From Ptychomitrium polyphyllum (taxonomy: Eukaryota), in NCBI GenBank assembly GCA_973851085.1, contig OZ316775.1:8928001-8992000 (forward strand): 64,000 bases of DNA, written 5' to 3'. Below the pieces are notes generated by a model, which worked only from the letters and a program-made list of their open reading frames with translations, searched no databases and had not been told where the DNA came from. A program made the position numbers and the translations under genes. Shown in pieces: positions 54,108 through 64,000 of the stretch (position 1 is its first letter; each line of letters starts with the position of its first letter).

Positions 54108-54320
54108 TTCCAAGAGCTGGCTATGAGGTAGGAGACCAGTGAATGCGTTAAACACCCATTTGGGCGCTCATTGTACATTTAAGGAACACGCCGGACCAAA
54201 AAAATTGGCCTGTACTCAAGATATACTTCCTTGTCTTCAGAATGAAGTTGTGAGGTACATTCTGCACCCTAATGGGTGCCTAACGCATCCGGTGTTCTGT
54301 ACCTTATACTAGCTCCCGGA
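54108..54320. repeat. Imperfect inverted repeat / foldback (~65-bp arms)
   Basis: Arm 54114-54176 (GAGCTGG..ATGCGTTAAACACCCATTTGGGCGC..TGTAC) is complementary to 54255-54315 (GTACA..GCACCCTAATGGGTGCCTAACGCAT..CTAGCTC). Confidence 0.75.
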
Positions 54321-54789
54321 GTAGACCCACTAGCTGATACCTGTTCAGAATCAACCCAATCCTATAAAATCTTCTTGCTAGGCATAGGCTTCAGAATGAC
54401 GTAACATGTGCTTAAGTTTTCTCTGTGATAGGGTTAGCTTCCAACTTGCAGTGTTGATGCCTTTGAAATTGTAACATACTCTCCAAGTGTGGTGAGCAAG
54501 AGATTCCGCAAGTTTGCTTAGTCCAAAGCTGGAGCTTGACCAAGAACGAAGCTCATCAAAGTTCCTCATGGTGCTTCTGGATGGAACATGGGGAATAGTA
54601 CTGTAACAAAGAGAGGCGATTCAATTAAATCTTCTTCTACAACGTCAGTTGCAATGGATCACTAAATTACTCCGACTAGATAGTTGTATCAGCTCACTTA
54701 TGCACAACCTAGAAAGGTACTGATTTGAGCTCACTTGAGGATGCCCGAAGTGACCTTGGTTACTTGGAGGGAGCCACAATTTGTAGAAG

Positions 54790-56199
<1,410 letters not shown>

Positions 56200-58764
56200 A
56201 CTGGACGTAACACCTCCTCGAGGAATCATTTAGATTTCACATTCCAATAACCAGTTGTAGAAACACTACCACGATGTGTACAAACTGCAGCTACTGTACA
56301 TTTTTAGAATGATTGTTGCACCCGATCTCAACATGAGCGTCATTCTTCGCATTCGGAATAATACTCAAAACACTATTTCTGGTGCTTCTGCATTTGTGAC
56401 ATGGATCTGTCTGTTGGACTCACTGCATGGCTTGTAATTCTGGCTGTTAAAGCCAAGTCTTCGTCAATACGCTGTAAGCTTTAATTGCCATAGATGGGAG
56501 GTTTTGCTGACAGTTACAGCAGGTTCTGTTCAAATCGCGTTGTTACAAACAACGAGAGGGTTATGTTTCATCGCACTTCCATTCCAACAATGAACCCATG
56601 ATGATGTTTTGATGATTTCGCATGACTTGACATCATCAATGTGTTGCGAAGACGTATTATACTTGGCAGCCAGCACCGTCTACGTAGCCTTATCTAATAC
56701 AAGGACGGCATACGTTGGAATAATCGTCTGAAAGCCGTTCATGGAAATGATCTGAGAATGCAAACTCACCATTTTCAGAGCAACAGTAATGGAAAAGAAT
56801 ATGATGCAATTTAAAGGTATGATCTCGTCAAGTGGGGATCAAAAATAAAACACTCCAATGATTCTGGACTGAAAGAGAAGGCTCTGCTTCATTGAGGGAA
56901 GGTGTCCAAAACCTTGTGTAGCTTGGCGTCACAAATCTGCAAATGGCCAAGAACGTTAACGGTAGTCAAAACGTTAAAATCAACATATACATTGCGGCTG
57001 CGTTGGATAATGCACTCAGCTGCAGACACTATTAAGACGTAACTTTAAAGTTTTTACTATCACAGGAAAGTAGATCTCATGCAGATCTAAACATTCTCAA
57101 TGGATACATGCCCAGCCATCTGCAACGCTCAACCATCTCTTACCAGAAATTGGTCCTAGCACACATGACCTGATCCGAGCACTAACCTGGCCACTTAGCA
57201 GATACTATCGAGGTGAGCACAATAACTGAAAATTTCCACCGTTGCATGAGCTTCCTCAAGAGTTTTTTGCGTGCTGCACCTTCAGCAGCTGATTCCCCAA
57301 GCTAGCTTCAGCCCTCATGTACCTTTCAAAGCCATTGAACTATACTTTGCATCAAGTACAAACAGAAGTTAGGATTTGATGATGTGGTGTGCAGCTTCAA
57401 CATTACAAAGTGAATCTTTCAAAAGGTTTCAATGCATCCATCGTCCAAAAACTCCAGTTGAAAGGTTAAGGCATTACAAACCGCCCAAAAACTGATCCTT
57501 TTAAAAACCAACATGTCCACGGACTGATTGGTGTAATGTGAATATCTTCTGAAATTGGATCGAGGAAAAAAGATGTATTCAAATATTGTAAAAGCAAAAA
57601 TTTCCTTCATAATTCAAATTTTAAAAAGTAAAAATTAAAAATAGTTTAAACATAAATAAAAGAATGAGAAAGCAGTAGTCAGGATTAAAGTCTCTGATGA
57701 AAAGCAAGATTAGTGTTGTAGTGAGGGCGTAGAAATGGTAGAGACAATGAAAAATATAACAATGCTTCCAAGTGGTCAAGCAACTTGTTTGGTCTCAATA
57801 AGCTATTGAAAAGAATTGTGGTGGTTTCTACAAGTGCTACAATATGCCCTAATACCTAGTTCACGTGCAAACATTTTAGTTAAAAATCTTGATTAGAATG
57901 ACATTGTTGTGATGATTACTTCAAGAAGCATGAAGGATTAAGAACATCCATTTTTATAATTGAATGATAAATTGTAACCTTGAATTATTATGATTTAAAT
58001 TTCTTTTTTCTAATATGTTTGGATTATGTTTCAAAAATTGATGATTTTTAAATAAATGAATTTAGTGTAAATTAGTGTCTTTGTTTTTTTATCAAATAAC
58101 ATTCTAAATCTTAAAATTGGTGGATCCATGTACAAAATGATTCAAATATTTCAAAAGTGCAATTTGAATTGAATATTTTTAATTACATTTGCTTTTCTAT
58201 ATCATTGACATGTTATTTATGATTTGTTCAGATGAATTTTGTAACATGTTTTTAATTAAAATAAATTTAAATGCTATTTTACCATCATGTCTATATTCAA
58301 TGCACATGTCCAAATTATTAATAATTTATTCAAAGGACATGTCTACCAAACAAATATACTAATGACAATCATTAAGTGGCTTAATAGACAATACATGAGC
58401 AAGAAGTGGCATTACATGGTGAGATGACATTGTTTCACCAAGGTGTACATGCTATGAACCTTTAGATTGTCTATAGTCCATGAAGTTATAACCAATAAAT
58501 TTCATCATATCAAAAATGAAGATTGATAAACTTTAGAATATTTCAAACACAATTAAGACACTCTTTTATAATGTCAAAATATACTTATTTGTGGAAATTA
58601 TAATATTAGATTGCAAAAAGTTACAATTAGGAGTATTTCAATTGTGAAAATACCCTGTAATGTTTTAAAACAATGTCATAATCATCCCTTATTTTTAATA
58701 GTGTACTTTTTGTATGAACAAGAGAACCTATAATTGATAAAAGGCTGGTTCACACCTTCTTCTA

Positions 58765-58985
58765 TAATAGAGAAAGAAAGAAAAATGTTTAATCCAAGAA
58801 GATAGTCTACTAGAGAAGATGGAAAGATTCTAAAATAACATTTAATGAAAGAGGACTGCATCCATGGACAAGCTCTTGAATCACCATCTTAAAAAATTTC
58901 CCTAAACAATTTATAGGAAAATACTTTCCTGCAATAATTATTGTAATTTAGGCAGCCAACTGAACTTCATATCCATCTTCAAAGC
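58765..58985 (+). repeat. Diverged dispersed repeat, copy 2
   Basis: Colinear homology with 53750-53965. Confidence 0.7.
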
Positions 58986-59165
58986 ACTTTTCTTCCTTCT
59001 GCACAAAGAAGCAAGCTGTAAAACCATCAAGAAGAACTCAAAAATTTCAGTCAAATCGTATCGCTAAAATTGTCAAATTATGGCAAAACCCTCCCTCTGG
59101 AGAAAGTGTAAACTGGCCCTAAGATTCTGTGGCGACGACCTTTATCTGCAAGAGTGGCGAAGCCT

Positions 59166-59202
59166 GCCACGTAGCTTCACACGTGGAAGACGGTGACGTG
59201 GC
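59166..59202. promoter_or_regulatory. Cluster of three ABRE/G-box elements
   Basis: GCCACGTA (59166-73, TACGTGGC on the minus strand), CACGTG (59180-85) and GACGTGGC (59195-202) within 37 bp. Confidence 0.7.
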
Positions 59203-60018
59203 AATAAAAAATATTCTCATGGTGCGTTGTTGTTTCCTGCCAGTGTGAAGAAGACACCAATCCATTATTATCTAGCAGTGGCCTACATTTGGAGGGCTAT
59301 ATTCTAGAACGAAAGTCTAGAACTCACATGGACAGTGAGTGAGGCTTTGTTGCAAAGTATTCCTTTTTCTGTGAGCTTCCGTGGAAGAGAACCTCATACC
59401 CAAGTGTTGCGGAGCCTCTGGAAGCAAGTTTCATCGCCAGATTGCCAGCGAGTTCAGCTTTTGGTGCAGCAAGTCGAACACAAACCTCGTCGAATCTCAG
59501 GTAAGATCCTTGCTAGCTCTTGCAACTGTCTGATGTCGCTTCTACGTGGGGTTTGGCGACCTCATTCTGCGAGTCGGTGGGAGAAAGCTAGGAGGTTTTC
59601 TTGAAGTGATCATGTATCTTGGGGTTGGTGACCTAATTGACTCCTGGCTAAATTTCCTGGTGATTAAAAGGAGGAAAAAGCTTTTCTTATCTTGTGGTTC
59701 AAATCATCTGAAAAGTTGCATCCAGTTTTGTGAAAGTTAAGCTGGGTGAAATCTATGAGTAGAAGTCGGGCATTCTTTTGTGTTGGGGCTTCGATCACTG
59801 TTTAAGCCTGTCGTTACAGCTTGAAGCTACAGTTATTATATGATAATTGTTTTGTACCTTGTCGCACCTGTGGAGTATTGGAAGCCTTTTGGATGTATGA
59901 TGCATGATAGAGTTGAGTGCAATCGTTGAAATGTTCAGGTCTAGGGTATTCGGTTGTTGGTTTTCTTCATTGGTCTGAAATCGAAAGGTGTTGAATATTG
60001 AGCAGGTAAGCGGCGAAC

Positions 60019-60165
60019 ATGTGTCTGCCGTGGTTGTTCGGTGGTGGCGACTCAGGGCCTGAGCATAGGGCTCCCTCTGCGCCATCGAGCCATGGGCCAG
60101 CTAATGCTGCTCCTCATGGGCATCCAGCGCCGCCTCCATCGAGGCCTCATCATTCACGAAATTAA
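60019..60165 (+). CDS. Putative 48-aa Pro/His/Gly-rich micropeptide
   Basis: MCLPWLFGGGDSGPEHRAPSAPSSHGPANAAPHGHPAPPPSRPHHSRN*. GC-rich island with purine at -3 (AACATG). Flanked by plausible UTR introns: 59501 GTAAG to ~60005 AG, and 60211 GTATG to 60596 TTTTCCAG. Lies downstream of the ABRE cluster. Confidence 0.5.
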   Translation: MCLPWLFGGGDSGPEHRAPSAPSSHGPANAAPHGHPAPPPSRPHHSRN

Positions 60166-61451
60166 TCTTTGGTAGGTGACGTGAGGTTGATGGGGACCCT
60201 TTTGGCAAAGGTATGCTTTAACATGTCGCACTTGTATTATTACATAACCGAATCAGCTTAACGTTACCACCTGGGCTGTCTCTTTTTATCCTGCTCTGTA
60301 TGAATTATGACTCTGTCGTCAGAGGGTGCTTTGTTGGAATATCTTGTGAAGTCTTCTAGAAATCGTAGTCCAATGAGTTTCAGGTCTCGTTTCCATAGGA
60401 TTTCTGGTTTGAAACATGCTGTCAATTTTTTTGCTATTTCATGATTGGTGTTATTGCCGACTACGAGTGCCTGCATTTGTGCAATGCTACTAGTTGTGTT
60501 GGTTACTTTTCCTGGTCGATGCTTGGCATTCTGTAATGTTGGTTGTCAATTCCATTGAGTTCCGTTGTGCTCAGTGAAGTTTTGTTCTTTTTCCAGGAAC
60601 GTCGCATGAGAGAGTTGAAGATTCAACTATGTTCTTGGTTTGGAGGGAAGCGGACAGTGAGTTTGAGATTCAAGACTGATTTTAGCTAATCGACATCGTT
60701 GGTTAGACTTTTTGTAAAGAAGAAACATTACTGTCATCACAAGTTGTGTACATCTGTTAGTAACAATCACACATATCACACCTGTGCAATTCACGGTCAG
60801 ACTCAATACTTTTGTCATTAGGCAACTGCGAGTTTCGTCTTATGAGCATTCTTGGTATATTTATGTGTAATAATTTCATTGAAGACAATCTTCTAACCAA
60901 AATTCAGGATCTATTCCCTATGTTTCAAATTGTAAGTCAACAAATGATTTAGGAAGGCTATGGTGTGATAACAATCCTTTGAACTCATATTTCAAATGGT
61001 ACACGAACGAACACTACCTTCAAAAAACCTGTGGACAGCAGCTACTCTCCAAAACCTAGTGTACACCTCAAAACCTTAGACTAAGGTTTTACACCTCAGC
61101 TACGAGTTGAGTGGGAAGGTCTCCTAGTATCAGGGTACGGTATCTCAATTTTGTTCAAATCAATAACTATACAGTATTATTTCACAAACAGGGAAAGACT
61201 CTACACCACAACTTCATGCTGCTCTTACCATTGATAATGTATTTCTGATTGCAATGGGTGCAGGTGTCTCACTTCTGAGATAGGCAGACCTTGATTTCTT
61301 GTTCAGCCTTCTGAATAGTCCTGAACTTCATGGGAATGTCTCTGATGATGGCTTGTTGAAAGATTCGGGATGGCAGCTCAGCATTGTCTGCTTGGAAGTC
61401 CCATGCGCCCAAGTTATAGCATGAAGCCCATGAATCTATGTTCTCCAAACC

Positions 61452-63148
61452 TTAAGCTGCTCCTACGAGGGTGAGGAGGAATTGCCTATAACCTCCAGAA
61501 GTGTCACTGGTAATCATTTGCTCGAGAGTTTTCCTATACATGGCCAGAAATTCTTGTTTGATGTAGTACATATCAATCTCGGCGCGTGTTGTAATTACTC
61601 GTATCAAATCCTGGTCGTTTGTGCCCAAACCTTTCATTGATGCATGAAGTTCATGGGCAAAGAATCTGGCAGGATAACAAGTGCATTGAACAACAGCCAG
61701 AAGAGCGTCTTCAAAATGTGCAGAAGTTTCTCTCTTTATAGCCTGTACCACAATATGAAACTGTCACATAATGTGCATAAAGCACCACTGCGAAAAAACA
61801 GCACATACTCCGACATTTTTTGTCAGCGTCTTCTAACATTCTGAAACCAAGTCCGCGCAACTATGGCAGCATGACTTTTTGAATACAACATGACACCACA
61901 AGAGGCTAATATTCATTAATAATTAAAAAGATTAGATGCTGTAGTCAGTTACCTTCTCAAAATCATGACCATAAGTCTGCCGGTAATACTGCAATGTCAA
62001 GTTCAATTGAGCAGGGCTGCGTGTTGTCAGAATATGTATGAAAGTGTCTTCATCTGTACCCAATCGGGCTACGCCAGCTCGATACAAGGCATGTGCATCG
62101 GAAAGTGCGAAGTTGGGGTCCACAGCAAGAGTCTCCGAACGATTTCCTCTAACAAGGGCTAGCAAAAGCTGTAGAGCAAATTTCAATTCAGAAAAAGCCA
62201 TTTCATGAATATGCAAAGTTATTGAAGACAAACAACTTGAACACCTACATCGAGACACACTTCCAAATTGTCTATTCTTACACTGACTCCTACTCACCTT
62301 CCTGTAATCTCCCGAAGTATCTCCTTCGATCTGACGCTCTAACGTTTGGTGGTACATTGCATGAAAAGCTTGTCTGATTTCATGTATCTGTGATGGAGTG
62401 CGCGAGCAGATGATGCCAATCAATGCTACGTCTCTAGTGCCCAATCCCTTCGTTGCGTCGTACACCAAACTTGCATCTCGTTCCGCTGGGGTCATCATCC
62501 ACAACAGCATCGCTTTCTGCAAATGAAGCAAATTCAGCCTAACATGCCAATTAATATTCTTAAAGCGTCAAGCCCTATTCTCGAGGATTTCTCAGTGGAT
62601 CCCCAAAAATCCCACTCCGCTTAACATTGCCCTTGCAAGCCATACTCTAAAGGACAAATTTGACAACCATCGCATGTACGCTTCGAACTACACCCAGAAA
62701 CTGTTTTGAACAAGATGTGCATAATATGGTTATATAATTGAGAAGGTCGTTGACGTAACCACCTCAAGTTTGCCGTGAAGTTCAGATTTCAGGCGTTTGT
62801 GAATCGTCTCTCCGTACTGACGCTGATATGCATCGACTATTGCCGTTCGTTGTGGTTGAGTTCTGTGACCAAGAATTTGAATAACCCTCTTCTCATCACA
62901 ACCGAACCCTGTCAAAATGCCAACCCATGACCATTGAGTGACGCCAATGGACAGGATTACAGCTACCAATAGTTAATCAACTTCAAAGATTCTCAAAGAC
63001 AGTAGCGAGGATATTTTGTTTACCAGTTGTTGTCATAGTATATTTGAGCAGCTGAGTATTAAAAAAGATGCACACCTCTAAATGCTCGATGAAGACCATG
63101 AACGTCCTCAAACATGTTGAGATACGGTGGTACTGTAATTGTTGACAT
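61452..63148 (-). CDS. Annexin
   Basis: Exons 63148-63076, 62908-62763, 62516-62298, 62168-61953, 61742-61452 (314 aa). Repeat motifs RGFGCDE, KGLGTRD, RLGTDE, KGLGTND, and DTSGDY. Confidence 0.96.
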
Positions 63149-64000
63149 TTTCTCCGTTCAACAATGTCGAATCCCTTTGACCTGGCTTTAAAAACTTGTA
63201 TGAAAATGGAATCTGCTACAAAACAACCATCAAATCATTACACTCCAATGATTCATTGTTGTCCATGTAGCACTCATGACCAACATCGCATGTAACTGTA
63301 AACAAAGCCCAGCTTGTCAGCGAGAGAGGACATAGCTCCTAGTTGCAATTTGTGCTACTTTAGTTTTTCCAAGCATACAATCGAAATTCTCTATGCTGGT
63401 CGTTTTAATTTGGTTTACAACTTTTTCTTGTTAAGGAGATCCATGCCCAAAATCTGCTTTCCGGGCGTTGCAATTCTTTTGCTCCATCTTACATACGTGC
63501 TGAATTCTTATAACAATACTCATCCCACACAATAAAGTAAATCACTAACTATTAAGAACAAACATAGATATATCAATCGCAAAGAACAGCGAGGAACAGG
63601 ACTCTTCAAGAGCTTCACGCAACAGCAGAACCCGCGCTCAGAAACATCTTTAAAATTTGCAGCTTTAAATTAGTGCGTCGAACTATCAAGTTCAAGGGAA
63701 ATGGAAAAAGAAAGAGGCGAAGAAATAGGTATCCAAAGAGATGACTACCACCAAAACCCAAATCATGTGATTCAGCAGAAATTCCAAGCAGCACAAATAC
63801 CCCCTTCAAAACAGACAGAAACGTCTGGGCCCAACTAATCACGTACTCTTCAGCAAATCCAAAACTAGCTTCCTGCAGTCCTTGAACACAAACTTGAAGC
63901 TGGCTCTCACTTGGTCACGAAAACTTTTGCAACAACAAAACGCCAACCTACCCCGCTTATAACAACAAACTAAACCTAGACTTCAGACGCTTCCGATTGC

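Overview
Eukaryotic plant DNA, most likely a moss (inferred from GT-AG spliced plant genes, a bryophyte-type intronless kinase and Tcn1-like chromoviruses). Spliced genes, left to right: the 5' part of an ELG1/ATAD5-like gene (-, runs off the left edge), an NST/TPT-family transporter (+), FtsHi3 (-) head-to-head with YCF54 (+), a GNAT7-like acetyltransferase (-), a class III peroxidase (+) and an annexin (-). An intronless TKL-type kinase with DFE in place of DFG lies at 16945-18198 (-). 38177-49498 is a nest of decayed Ty3/Gypsy chromoviruses: an outer element (TSD CTTAA), an inner gag/pro-deleted element (TSD CTAAG) and a solo LTR. Most interesting observations: (1) two LTR families with different sequences both have a PBS complementary to their own predicted transcript 5' end, the signature of tRNA-independent Tf1-type self-priming, and the outer element keeps a fossil -1 frameshift signal; (2) an unannotated pseudogene of a chymotrypsin-fold protease with Cys at the nucleophile position (H...D...GTCGG), resembling fungal proteins and split by a small insertion; (3) a probable spliced, ABRE-driven 48-aa Met-Cys micropeptide gene; (4) a ~200-bp foldback upstream of the peroxidase. 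Family assignments come from recognising motifs by eye; no database search was run.
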